64,000 nt of DNA from Camelus dromedarius (Eukaryota), in the NCBI RefSeq assembly GCF_036321535.1, contig NC_087437.1, positions 87,670,001 to 87,734,000 on the forward strand. Reading direction: 5' to 3'. The translations under genes were made by a program, and so were the position numbers. Shown here piece by piece: positions 1 to 12,615 of this stretch. How positions within the stretch are numbered: the stretch's first letter is position 1; the number at the start of each line of letters is the position of its first letter. The notes under the pieces were generated by a model. It searched no databases. It was given only the letters and a program-made list of their open reading frames with translations, and was not told where the DNA came from.

Positions 1-114
1 GTGTCATAGGAAGAAAAAATGCAATAACTATAATAGCTAAATAATGAATTATGAAAGCTTGAATGTTTTGACTTTCCTGAACTATGAAGGAAATATAAAT
101 ATAGTTTTAGTTTT

Positions 115-285
115 TGTGAAAACTTAGTGACTTAATCACTCTAAGAGTCAGTTTCTACATCTGCAAAATGGATTTAATATCACCTGCTTGGTATGATTAT
201 TGTAAAGATACATATGATAAAAATTGGAAAGAACTTAGCTTAGTCACTGGAACTTAATACACATTTACAAATATTAATTGTTATT
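115..285 (+). mobile_element. MIR SINE (degraded)
   Basis: MIR core-like 'gacttaatcactctaagagtcagtttctacatctgcaaaatgg' followed by a MIR-like 3' tail 'aaatattaattgttatt'. Confidence 0.7.
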
Positions 286-659
286 GTTTGGTAAATTAGT
301 TTGCTTAGAAAGAAAGCCAGGCCTTTCTGTCCCCACATCCATAATCTTTTCATTGCTGCTATTGGTCAGAATAAAATGGATTAAAGTCATTCTTGATTTA
401 GTTTTCTTTCAATTCTGATAATAAAAAAATAAGCCTGAGTCTATTCAGGGTATTTCTATTATCAGAACCATCTGTAGTTGAAATAATCTGTCTTCCCCAT
501 TAATTTACACATTTTGTTTTTATTTACACTCCCAGTGTACTCTTTATTCATTGAAGTAGATAGAAAATACATAAAGTTAATAATCTAACAGGAACCTGTC
601 CTGTCTGAAGCAAATCTTAACAGGTGTATCTATCAATTTAGTCCAAAAAACACTATTAA

Positions 660-1270
660 GCACCTACTATCTACAAAACGCTCTGTGAGGCATCACATAG
701 CAGCAATCCAAAAATGTGATAGCACGTTTTTGATAAGTGTGTGGGAAAACAGGCACCCTCATCCCATACTGAGGGGAAATCGGTATCACCCCTATGGAGG
801 CCAACTTGACCATATCCATGAAAATTTTAGATGATAATACCCTTTGAGGCAGCAATCAGGATTTTTTATGCTATAGATATTGCAGGTTTTAGCATTATTT
901 GTAATAGCAGTTGTGAAAACATACTAAACATATATCAGTAAAGGAAGAGATATGTAATGTATATTACAACCACAAGGCAGCTATTAAAAAAAAAGGTGCA
1001 TCACATGCAGTAATAGGAAAATCTCTCTAAAGTACAGGTTCAATTCCATCTAGTATGATACTGTAAAAAATAAATAAATAAAATACACAAGAATTTACAT
1101 TTGCCAGTAAATTCAAAAAATAAATTTTGTATAACACATAAGATCTAAAAAGATCTATCTGCTGGGAGGGGAGCAGGAACTAGGTCACTGAGAGATCAGC
1201 TTTTCACTATATGTCCTTTTTAATTTTCTCCATTTGGAGTAGGGTAAGTATTTTATCTTTTTAAAATAAA
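660..1270 (+). mobile_element. old L1 (L1ME-like) 3' fragment
   Basis: Diverged L1 3' motifs ('agcagcaatc','agcattattttgtaatagc'), A-rich + strand. Confidence 0.45.
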
Positions 1271-1279
1271 ATCTTCTGA

Positions 1280-1510
1280 AAAGTGACAATTCTGGCCACT
1301 CCTGGCTGCTACTGGAGAATACATTGTAAGGAAGTAGGAAGCAGGAAGCAGGAGATAGAGAGACAAGTTAGGATGCTACTGCAGTGGTCCAGGTAACAGA
1401 CAGCAGAGTTGATTCTGAATATATTTCAAACAAAAGGCAGAAAAGATACGGTGATGATTGGATGTGGAGTTTAAAACAAAGAGGCAAGCAAGACATAATG
1501 GCTGACATCA
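1280..1510 (-). mobile_element. L2 fragment
   Basis: 'cactcctggctgctactggagaat...ttaggatgctactgcagtggtccagg...gatgattggatgtggag' is typical antisense L2. Confidence 0.6.
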
Positions 1511-3713
1511 CAGAGCACTGCTGCAGAAACAAATTTGTAATGAAATTCCAAGAAGTTTCTTTTTTGTACATGTGATGCTTAGCATAAAAGGAACTGAAAT
1601 TAAGGTGTAGAAAGAATTAGATAAATTAGAGGCTAATGATAGTGAGAACAGTTGAAGATTATTTTATTTGTGATATATAATTATTGTAATTTTTACTGGA
1701 TGGTAAAAATTGTAATGGAAAGGAAAGAATTAGAGGAAAGAGGCATAAATTTCAAGATATTTTAGAATTAATAGTTTACTTGTTTATCTATTTACATATT
1801 TATGTGTTGTAGCTAGTTTTCTACCTGTTGTCACACATTTTAAGGAAAGTATTACATGCTTCCACTGTTGTAATTTGCCTCAGGGATGTCATTTGTTGGT
1901 TGGTTTGGAGTTGTAATATAGTATTTTGAAATAATTTGAATTTGAATAACTTTGGATAAGAAAGGACCCTTCAGTTAATGGGGCCTTTCTCTCCTCATTT
2001 TCTTGTACTGCTGGTGTTCCGTACATTGATGTCCCTTCTATCTGTGGGCACTGAGTGTGTGACCCCAATTCATAACTTACCTTTTCCTAAGGTTTGGGAT
2101 ATTCTAAAAAGATATATATCTATGCATATATTCCACAATGAAAAAAAAATGGAAAACTTAAACTACCAGAAAATGGTAGAAAACATTTATGTAGTTTCAT
2201 TCTGAGAATACATTTCCTATGGCAAGATACAAATTTGGCTTTGAGCTTTCCAACTACCAGTGCAGGGAAGAAATACATGATCAGCAGTGTTCAGAAGATA
2301 AACACAAATGAATTGCTACAGAAAAAAATACTAAGAAGAAAGGAAGGAAAGAAAAAAGGAACGAAGGAGGAAAAACAACAACAAAAAAAGATTTTCCTAG
2401 ACTGTGTTATTTAGATAATTCTCAAATGAGCCTTTGTAAATATTATTAATAACATCCCCACCATTGATGCAATAAAACATTTGAAAAAACTTAGTTCTTA
2501 AGATATCTTTCAATGTAGACAGGCTAAAGTGCAATTTTATAAATTAAATTATTTAAAAGGACAAAATAATAGGTCATAACAGACAGGGGTTTTTTTCCCT
2601 TAAATAAGACTGTATGGACTGGAAATATTTTAGACATTTATCAATAGAAAATATTTATTGGAATCACAATTTTATAGTTTTGGTATACCAAATCTTTGAA
2701 AAGTGCCTGAAATTATTTATTTGCAAATTAAGGGCAGATTTAAGTTTTTAAAAAGGCATTCATGCTAGATGAAAATTAAATGCTGGAGATAAGGAATAAA
2801 CCTGTCATAAAACTACGAATGTCCATGTCACCTCTGCAAGAGAAAACTGAGTAAAATAATCTGGGTTTGCTTCAGTTTGCTGAAAAATCCAATGGGTAAT
2901 TAAAGTCCCCAAGTTCCACCTGATACAGCTGCATTACTCAAAGCCTTGTGACAATATGATGCATTATTGTTAATTTCAAGATATGATGTAAGTAATTTGA
3001 TAAAATATAAAGTGCAAAAGCTTGCGAATAGTTGAGGAAAGTAATTTTTTTACATAATTGAGGCTTTTATAAATTTAAGCTAACATTTAAAAAGAGTTAC
3101 AGATGAGTTTTCAAATTGCAGGATATTTCTAGTTTCCCATACTATCCACCAGCCCTATTGTCTCACTTGAGGTCAAAGTCACTTGCCTTTTATCATAATG
3201 TTTACATTTTTGTTTCTCTTAGAAAAGGCAATTTTTATCAATACCTCCGTCTCTTAAAAAAGAGAAAGCACTAGATAGAAGTAGAGGGTCACATATTTCA
3301 AGATACATGGAGTAAGTATATTTTTTACTGTAATATACATGTACTGAGCATCTACACTCATTGATATTGCCTATCTGATTCCCCCAGGCATTTGAATTTG
3401 CCCACAAAGCTGTTCAGGCAAGTGAGAGGAGGAGCTAAAAGAATGCCTGCCATGTGGCTGGACGTCAATGGATGAGGGTAAGCGATATCAAGGAAGCAAA
3501 AGAAAATGCAGGTCTCTAGCTTTTAAATCATCATTTTAGCCAAAACGTGCATAACAAATCAACTATGACCTCAGACTACTTAGAGCCTCCAAGGAAGGCC
3601 CCCAAAGAAGGGTGCCTGGAAGCTCCTTCTTACAGAGCTTAAAATGTTTGGAACATCCAGAATCAAAGTGGCTTCCCAGGGCAGAAAACTCCAAGTGGCC
3701 AATTTGTAGCTTT

Positions 3714-4111
3714 TATCAGTCATGGTTCTCCAAAGAAACAGAACCCATAGGATGCATATAGAGAGAGAGAGAGAGAGAAAGAGATTTATTTTAAGGAATT
3801 GGCTCATACAGTTATGGAAGCTAGCAACTCTAAAATCCGCAGGGTGGACCAGCTGCCTGGAGACCTGGGATGAGCTGGTGTAATAGGAGAATTTCCTCTT
3901 GTTCAGGGAGGTCAGTCTTTGTTCTGTTCAGGCCTTCAACTGTTTGGATGAGATCCACACATATTATGGGAGGCAATCTACTATACTCAAAGCCCACTGA
4001 TTTAAATGTTAATCTTATCTGAAAAACACCCTCACAGAAACATCCAGAATGTTTGACTACATATGTGGCCACTATGGCCCAGCCAAGCTGACACATACAT
4101 TAACCACCACA
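3714..4111 (-). mobile_element. MLT2-type (ERVL) solo LTR
   Basis: 'ggttctccaaagaaacagaaccc...gagatttattttaaggaattggctca...tttaaatgttaatct...ccaagctgacacatacattaaccaccaca' follows the MLT2 consensus. Confidence 0.85.
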
Positions 4112-4189
4112 CAGCTCATCTCAGCAAATTCTGTATCAGCCAACAGCTAAACTCTAACAAAATTTCACACATTCTCCTTTATCTAGAAT

Positions 4190-4239
4190 TTTTTTTTCTT
4201 TTCTTTTTTTCTTTCTCCTTTTTTTTTTTTTTTTTTTTT
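4190..4239. repeat. T-rich / poly-T simple repeat
   Basis: Runs of T with sparse C. Confidence 0.85.
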
Positions 4240-6939
4240 GCTTTAGGACAATATGAAGAAAAGCACTCAGCATAGAAAATCATCAAGTACCCAGAAATGA
4301 ATAATCTGGAAATTTCCTGGAAAACTTGAAGAAATACAGGCATTTATTTAGCTAATTTTGATGCATAGATTTAAGTGTTTAGTGAGCTATGAAATATTCA
4401 AAATGACATCAATTCATGAATTCATTATTGCCATTAATATTTACCTTTGTGAAAAAGTCAAAGAGCATCAATTCTGAATTGTACCTACACATCTAATCAT
4501 ATCAGTAGTTACATCATGTTTTCCTGGCCCAGATCATAACATGAAAGATTTTCCTGGTAGTATGAAATGAGCATTTGTATAAACCAAATTAATTTTAACA
4601 TATGTTTTAGAGGTATTAGCTCTTCTAACACCATCAAGGGCTGTTGTGTTTTAATGCTAATCATGCTTACAACTATCTCTCTTATAAAGTTATGCCATGT
4701 GATAATCATTAGTTATGATAATTTTAGACTATGTTACTTTTCTATTTGGAAACTTGGACCTAGTGGGCCACTTGCTTCTTATTTTCAAAGGCTAGCATTG
4801 TGCAGGTAAGAGTGAGTTTTGTATCCAGTTATTTTTGGTTATAGTATGAAATGTGTCAAAGCACTAATATTTAGAATGGCAATATTACTGAAAAGTGGTG
4901 CTATGATTCTTCTTATTTTTAGAGATGGTCAGGATTTCTTAAAGATTATGATGCATGAGATCTTATGGCAGATTCAGTCAGCTTTATGGAGAGAAAAACC
5001 ACATGGTTTTTTAAAAACCATTCAGTAAAGAAAGGATATTGAATAAGTAAATTTTACAGCAGGCTAGTAAAAAGGGGATCTCCAAAAGGACTTTAAAAGG
5101 GTTACTTAACTTGCCCACCAGATGTAATGTACAATTAATAGCAGTAGACTCCACAAATTTAAAAGAAATGGAACTGCTATTGCCAGTTGCTACTTTTGTA
5201 TAGATGTATTCACCTAAGAGGATTTTGAGAAAGTAAATCACTCAACCATTTTCTAATATATTTTTCCATATGTTCGCTTTCTTTTAAGGTTTCCTTGCTG
5301 TGAGAACTTTTATAGAATATTACAGATTCATGAGTATCACATAAAATCCTTGAATGCATGCTGTTATAAGGTTTGTGTCTCCAAAGTACAATATTTTAAG
5401 GAAGAATTGCTCTCTTTTAATATAATAACAAACTTTCCCTTAAGTTTTTTGCTTTAAAAATTAAATTTCCAGTTCAATTAAAATCACGTCTCCTATTGGG
5501 TCTGTTTAGTCTCCCATGTTGGAATACTTATAGAAATCTATGAGTCAAATTATCAGTTCAGATCCTCACCATTACATGAAATTTTTGTGGTCTAAGCAGG
5601 CAAGTTAAAATATCTACTTATCCAACTTAGCTGGCTCAGTTATATCTAAAAGAATAGAAATCAGACTTCATTTGAGAAATTTTTATTTCTCCTGCTGGTG
5701 TCTGACTAATTTTCAATCTCCTATTTTAATTTTTGTCTGTCAAATAATCAATCATAATTCAATCAAGCAATATCTAAAGTACCTGAAACAAGAGAAGAGC
5801 TCAGAATGGTGAAAACATCTTAACTCCTAAAGCCAAAGAAAAGTCACTGCTGTCTGTGAAAGGAATATTAAAAATGTTTTACAAAAATTATAATAATACT
5901 AACCAAAGTGAACTTCCAATAGAAGAAAAGTTATTTTCATATTTTATTTCTCAACCCAGTGAATATTTTAAGCTGGTTTTTAAAGAGTATGTGTATTTAG
6001 ATATTTGTCTCCTAGTATACATTTCGTTTTAGGGAAATTTTCCTTGGAATAAATTACTTAGCTTATAATTATATTTTTGCATGTAAATATTTAAGGCAGT
6101 GATTTATTAACATATTGATATGGCTTTAATAGCTGTCATCTTTTGTATCAATGAGGAGCCCAGAAATTTTTCAGATGAGTTAATACATATTTTTTCTCTT
6201 AAAAACTATGAATATAATAATTTTGCTTCTTGTTTTTTAAGAATTGATTAGAAGGTTGCATTGCAAAGATTTTGAAAGAATCTTTTATAAAGTAATGCTT
6301 CTGATGTCAAAATACCCATTGTTTATACTGTCTGAGTTCTATTTAATTGAAAATTCTTCATGTGAGTTACTCAGTTTGTATCCAGTGAGGCCAATGAGAA
6401 CTAAATAATGACATTGAGATTAACAGTGTAGTGTATTTTGACATATGCATATTTTAATTGAATGTTCAAGATCACATGAATTAACAACTTGCCTAATTCT
6501 CTTGTGCACTTATGAGAGAAACTAAATATGCATCAACTGCACATGGATGAAGGAACAATGCTCATTATAACGCTTGTCAAAGTTCTTAAGTCACAACTTT
6601 TCCCATGAAAAAGTCACTAGAAAATAAGAGTCAATGTCCAAAATATTTTAAAGCATCTTATGTACCTTTTGTATGAAGCTTAATATATATTTTAAAGTAA
6701 AAATATATTTAAAATAAAAAGTAAAAATGGCTATAACTTCACTTGATAATTCAAATTATGCTTCTGATGTTTTCAAAAAACAAAAAAATATGTTCATTAG
6801 AGAAAATAATAAAAAATGTGTGTATGGATGGATGAATAAACAGGAAGACAGAGAGATACACAGAAACATAGATGTTTGGGGAATATAATGAAAAATATCC
6901 TAAAAGTTTGAAAGTGATAAAATTAATATTCCTATATAC

Positions 6940-8860
6940 TGACATAGCTAAAATATTTAAAAATGAAATAGATAAGTAACATTCAAAAATACTGAAATGC
7001 TAAATAAAATGTTCTCATATCCTGTCCACCTCTAGACAAACAAAATAAGAACAAGACAATTTTATATGAAAGTTTTACTAAACTTTCAAAGAACAAATAA
7101 TTATGTATATATGTACATATATATGTACAGGTACATATATGCATATTTTTTGCAGAAAACAGAGCTCATTTATGAGAGGCTGTATAGCCTTGATACCTAA
7201 ATTTGATAAATATAGTTAAACAAATAAAAATAATTTTTTATAAACAAGTTTGCAAAAATTACAATGAAACAGACTCAAAAATATGGAGATTAAACTAGTG
7301 GTTTATAATTAAACCAGTAGGGAGAGAGAAAGGAGGAGGGGCAAGGTAGAAGGGTAGAGGAATAAGAGGTACAAACCACCATGTATGATATTCGTAAGTT
7401 TTACAGTGATATATTGTACAGCACAGGGAATATAATCAATATCTTAGATTAACTATAAATGGAGTACAACTGGTAAAAACTGTGAATCTCTGTTGTACAC
7501 CTGAAACTGGTACAATATTGTAAATCAACTATACCTTAATTTTAAAAAGTTAAAAAAGAAAAAATTCTGAATATAATTAGCAAATCAGATCTTTCAATGT
7601 GTTAAAAAATATGTCAAATAGAGTTTATTTAATACATGCAAGGATAATTTAACATTATAAAAATTAATCATTTTATCCTATTTTGAAAAAAAAGAAAATT
7701 TCTATATAGATACTACATATAAAGAAAGCAGAAAATTTATAGACTATCTACACTTAACATGTGATAACATTTCTTAGAATATAAAAATAATGCAAATAAT
7801 CTTTAGCCTGTAAAGACTATTTCACAAAAACATGCAGCAAATGTGCACTTATTATTATTCTAAACTTTAGAAGCATTTCTTCAAGATTGGCACTAAAACA
7901 AAGATATCTACCATATATGCTACTATTCAACTTTGAACTAAAAGTCTGGCCAAGGCAATAACACAGAAAGAAATAAGTAACAAAAATACTGGAAGAGAGA
8001 AACAAAACCTTCATTATCATCTGATAATACAATCTTTTACATAGAAAAAATAGAAAAAATAATATTTAAGTCAATATGAAGTTCAGCAAGCTAGCCAGAT
8101 ATAAGATCAACAAAACAAGCAATAATTTTCCTCTACAATAAGAACAGTCAAGTAGAAAATATAATAGGTAAGAAGATATCATTAGGTACAATTTATAATT
8201 ACCACAAAAATTAAAGTGTATATAGGATTAACATGGCCACATAAACATAAAACTCATGTAGAAAATTTCAAAATGTTTTTATAGGGCACAAAAATGATGT
8301 GTATAAATGGCATAAATACACTATCAATTGAGTCAAAATTTGAGGATTAAAAATATAATTTGGGGACTCATTTATAAATTTTATTCTGATAAAAATTCTA
8401 GCACTAGTTTTAGAAATTTGGATAACATAAATATAAAATATTATGAAAACCCTTTGATAGCTAAGATAATTTTAGAATATTAAGAAAGCTTATCAGTGTG
8501 CCATCTTATCAATATAAAAAATCAAACTTATTAGAAAAGTAGACATAGACAGAAGAACAGATAAACTCATGGAATAGACAATAGTACTGGAGATAAATGG
8601 AAACTTGGGAGGATGGTATATGTCAGCTATAAATAGGATCAAAAACAGAATGGAAAACATGAACCATCTAATAAAAAGTCACAGGCAATTGGCTTTTTTC
8701 ATGAGGAAAAATTACATCCCTTATATAAAAATAAACTGTAGATGGGTTAAAGATCTGATAAAAGACAAAACTATTTGTCTATTTATGAAACTATTTGAAA
8801 AAATATGGGAAAAATATCTATGAAATTGGATAGGAACATAGTTCTTAAAGAAAGGAACTG
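6940..8860 (+). mobile_element. highly degraded L1 (L1ME-like) ORF2 region, interrupted by a younger L1 3' end
   Basis: A-rich + strand with L1 ORF2 remnants ('ccttgatacctaa','tactattcaac','ttcagcaagctagccagatataagatcaa'). Confidence 0.55.
7260..7560 (+). mobile_element. L1 3' UTR fragment (laurasiatherian/cetartiodactyl type)
   Basis: 'atattgtacagcacagggaatat...tgttgtacacctgaaact...atattgtaaatcaactatac' plus A-tail. Confidence 0.85.
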
Positions 8861-8867
8861 AATGGCT

Positions 8868-8972
8868 GAAAGAGACAGAGAAAGAAAGGAGGAAAGAAGA
8901 AAGAAGGGAAAGAAGGAAGGGATGAAGGAAGGGAGGAAGAAAGAAAGAGAGAGAGAGAAAGAAAGAAAAAAA
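8868..8972. repeat. purine-rich (GAA/GGAA/GA) low-complexity repeat
   Basis: Directly visible. Confidence 0.85.
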
Positions 8973-8974
8973 GG

Positions 8975-10800
8975 CTAAGCCGAAAGTTAGCAGAAGGAGG
9001 GGAATAAGAAGAATAAGAGCAGAAATAAATGAAACAAAGACTAGAAAAGCAATAGAAAAGATCAACCAAACTAAAAGATGTTTTTTTAGAAAAGACAAAA
9101 TGGAAAAAACTAGACTACCTATGAAAATAAGAAGACTCAAATAAGTAAAATCAGACATGAACAAAGAGATATTACAACTGATACCACAGAAATACAAAAA
9201 AAAAATTGTAAGAACGACTATGTCAAAAAATGTGGACAACCTGGAAGAAATGGTTAAATTCCTAGAAATATACAACCAACCAAGAGTGAATCATGAAGCA
9301 ATAGAAAATGGGAACAGACAAATAACTAGTAAGGAAATTGAATCATAATGAAACATCTCCCAATTGAAAAAATCCAGGACCAGGTGGCTTAACTGGTGAA
9401 TTCAACAAAAAATTCCAAAAAATTGAAGAGGAGGGAAGACTTCTATACTCATTTTATGAGGCTAGTATTACTCTAATACCAAAGCCAAACAAGCAAACTA
9501 CAAGAAAATAAAATTACAGGCCTATATCCCTAATAAACAGAGATGAAAAAATGCTCAACAAAAGACTAGCAAATCAAATTCAACAGCACATTAAAAGAAT
9601 CAAATACCATGATTAATCCCTGGAATGTAAGAATGGTTCAAAATATGAACATCAATTCATGTGATACACAATATTAGCAAAATAAAGGAAAGAAATCATG
9701 ATCATCTCAATAGACACACAAAAAAGGATTTGACAAAATTCAACATTCTTTCATGATAAAACTCTCAAATGAGTATAGAGGGAACACACCTTGACTTAAT
9801 AAATAGTACAGATGACGAGTCCAAGAGCTAACATAGGAATAAGATTAGAATACTTGGTCTCACCACTTTTATTCAGTCCTGGAAATCCTAGTCAGAGCAA
9901 TTAGGCAAGAAAAAAATTAAAAAATTGGAAAGGAAGAAGTAAATTTTCTCTGCTGATGACATTATCTTGTATATATAAAAATTTAAAGACTCCACCAAAA
10001 AACTGTTAGACCTAATAAATTAAGTAAAGATCCAGGATACTAAATCAACATACAAAAATCAGTTGCATTTCTATACACTAACAATGAACTATCAGAGAGG
10101 CAAATTAAGAAACAATCCCTTTTTCAACAGCATCACAAAGAATAAAATACTTAGGAATAAATTTAACCAGGGAGGGTAAGTATCTTTATACTGAAAACTA
10201 TAAAACCTTGATAAACTGAAGACAACACAAATAAATGGAAAGATATCCTGTGTTCCTGGCATGAAAGAATATTGTTTAAATGTCTATAATATCCAAAGTG
10301 ATTTACAGATTCAACAAAATCTCTATTGAAATTCCAATGGCATTTTTCATAGAACTAGAAAAAAACAATTCTAAAATTCCTGTAGATCCAAAAAAGATTC
10401 TGAATAACCAAAAGAATTTTGAGAAAGAACAAAACTGGAGGTATCACATGTTCTGATTTTATGCTGTATTCCAAAGCCGTGATGATCAAAACAGTGTGAT
10501 TCTGGCATAAAAACAGAAATAAACCAATGGAACAGAATAGAGAGCCCAGAAATAAACCCATAAATATACAATCAACTAATCTTTAACAAAGCACCAGGAA
10601 CTCACAATGGAGAAAAGATAGTCTCTCCAATAAATAGTATTGGAAAAACTGGATCTCTCCATGCCAAAGAATGAAAGTGGATTCCTATCTTACACCATTC
10701 ACAAAAATTGACCCAAATGAATTTAAGACTTGAGTGTAACACCTAAAACCATCAAATTCCTAGAAGAAACCACTGGGAAGAAGTTTCTTGACTTTGGTTT
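8975..10800 (+). mobile_element. L1 ORF2 fragment spanning the RT domain, disrupted
   Basis: Collinear ORF2 motifs: 'gagcagaaataaatgaa', DNLEEMVKFLE (ORF 9157-9348), 'ggaccaggtggcttaactggtgaattc', 'gctgatgacatt' (FADD-like), 'gagagcccagaaataaaccc'; many stops/frameshifts. Confidence 0.93.
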
Positions 10801-11399
10801 CAAAATGAATTATTACCAGGAGCTGTCGAGGATATAATGACAAGACTACCCCCCCAAGCACTGCTATGACAATGGAAACTGTTGGGCATTCTGGAGCAGG
10901 TTGAAAGCATGAGCTGGATATGAATAAACACTACAGCCCAACAATTCTATGTCCACATGATACTTTCAAAGATTTTTCTTTACATTGAAAACATAGACAT
11001 AGGGAAGATGTTATTTGCAACATCATTTTAGTAGTGAAATTTGGAAATATCGTAGAGAAGTAGTTATATAAATAAAGAAATTTCAAGTGATAAAAATATT
11101 TAAGACAATTTAAAAAGATCAACTGTATCTATTTGTCAATCTGTAGGAATTTGAAAAAACTAATAATAAAGGAAGAAACCAGAGAATATTTAGTTCTTAT
11201 ATTAGTTACTCAAGAGTTGTAAATGTATGGGAGGGTAATGATAATAAATAATAAAATGATATTAATAATAAAACAGAATAAAAACACAAAAGGGGTTAAT
11301 GCTTGGAGTAATAGTGTGCCACAAGCTAAACTGCCTCTCGTTAATCTTTACTGAAATATATTACTCATATCCTAGTACATAATACGTGCTTTTTTATAA

Positions 11400-12612
11400 A
11401 TTTCTGTGCCTTTTTTAACATATCTGAATATAGGATATTATACCATTTTTAAGGAGCTGTGTTGTATTCCACTTTATAGATGAATAACAATGTATTTAAT
11501 AAATCTCCTAATGATGGATATTTAAATTATTTTGAATTTTTTCCTATTCAAAAGAGTCATATAATGAATATTTCATATTTTTGCAATATATAAAACATAA
11601 CCATTCTTTGCCTACTTATATGACTATTACTGTAGAATAAATGCCTAAACATTGAATTGCTGAGTTGAAGATTAGTAAATTTTAATTTTGGAAGATTTTA
11701 CCAAACTCTTCCTGGGGTTGTCTATTAAACACAGAAAGACTTTTTATTTGAAATTTTTGAACAAAACTTCAATTTCTTTAACACATTTATAGTTTTTAAT
11801 TTATATTTTAATCTGAACGACCTGGAATTTATTTTGGCATAACAAGCAATGAAGGGGATATACCTTTTCTGGGTTCACCAGTTGCCTCAATGCAAGATCC
11901 TGAAAAATCAGCATTTCCCACATTTACTATAAGCCATATCTTTCTATAAATTTAAGTCTTTCATTTATTACCCTTTCCCTTGACAACATAAAATTTAATA
12001 TTATAGATGAATGTTGTGCTTTTGGAAGTGATAGACCTTGTTTCCCTCATAAATATTACTTTGAGTAGATTCCTTTAGTATTTTTCTTATGGCTATTTTT
12101 TCAGATGAATACAATGTAATTTTATCACACTTGAGAAAAATTGTGTTTGTATTTTTATGTGGACCACATTCCACTTATTGATCACTGTATGAACAATTGA
12201 AACTCTAAAAATATTGAGTATTTTATACAAGAACAAGACATACATTAAATATATTGTCTTCTTTTATATTCTGAATCAGTTCTAAATTTTCTTCATATAA
12301 AAATTTTGAATTTCTCATTAAGCTGATTTCTAGATATTTTATATTTTAAACTACTTCAGTAAATGGTATTGTTCTTCTGTTGTATTTCTAAATGGTTGTT
12401 TCAAAATAAAAAAGCTAATAATTTTTATTAATTTTGAGAACAACTAACTTACCAAATACTTATCATACTTCTGTTGAATTTTCCAATCATACAATTGTAT
12501 CATATGCAATAAAAATAATAATTTTGCATTTTCCTCCCCATTTTGATATTTTTATTTTTCTCTTGACAGTTTGCACTGGCAAGAATTTTTAAAATAATAT
12601 TAAATAATAGTG
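11400..12612 (-). mobile_element. old L1 (L1ME-like), left part
   Basis: T-rich antisense L1 motifs ('gtattccact','gatggatattt','gaattgctgagtt','atcatatgcaat'). Confidence 0.6.
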
Positions 12613-12615
12613 GTT

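Noticed and set aside
8721..9275. 184-aa hydrophobic 'membrane protein' ORF
   Set aside because: Antisense reading of A-rich L1 ORF2 plus a purine microsatellite
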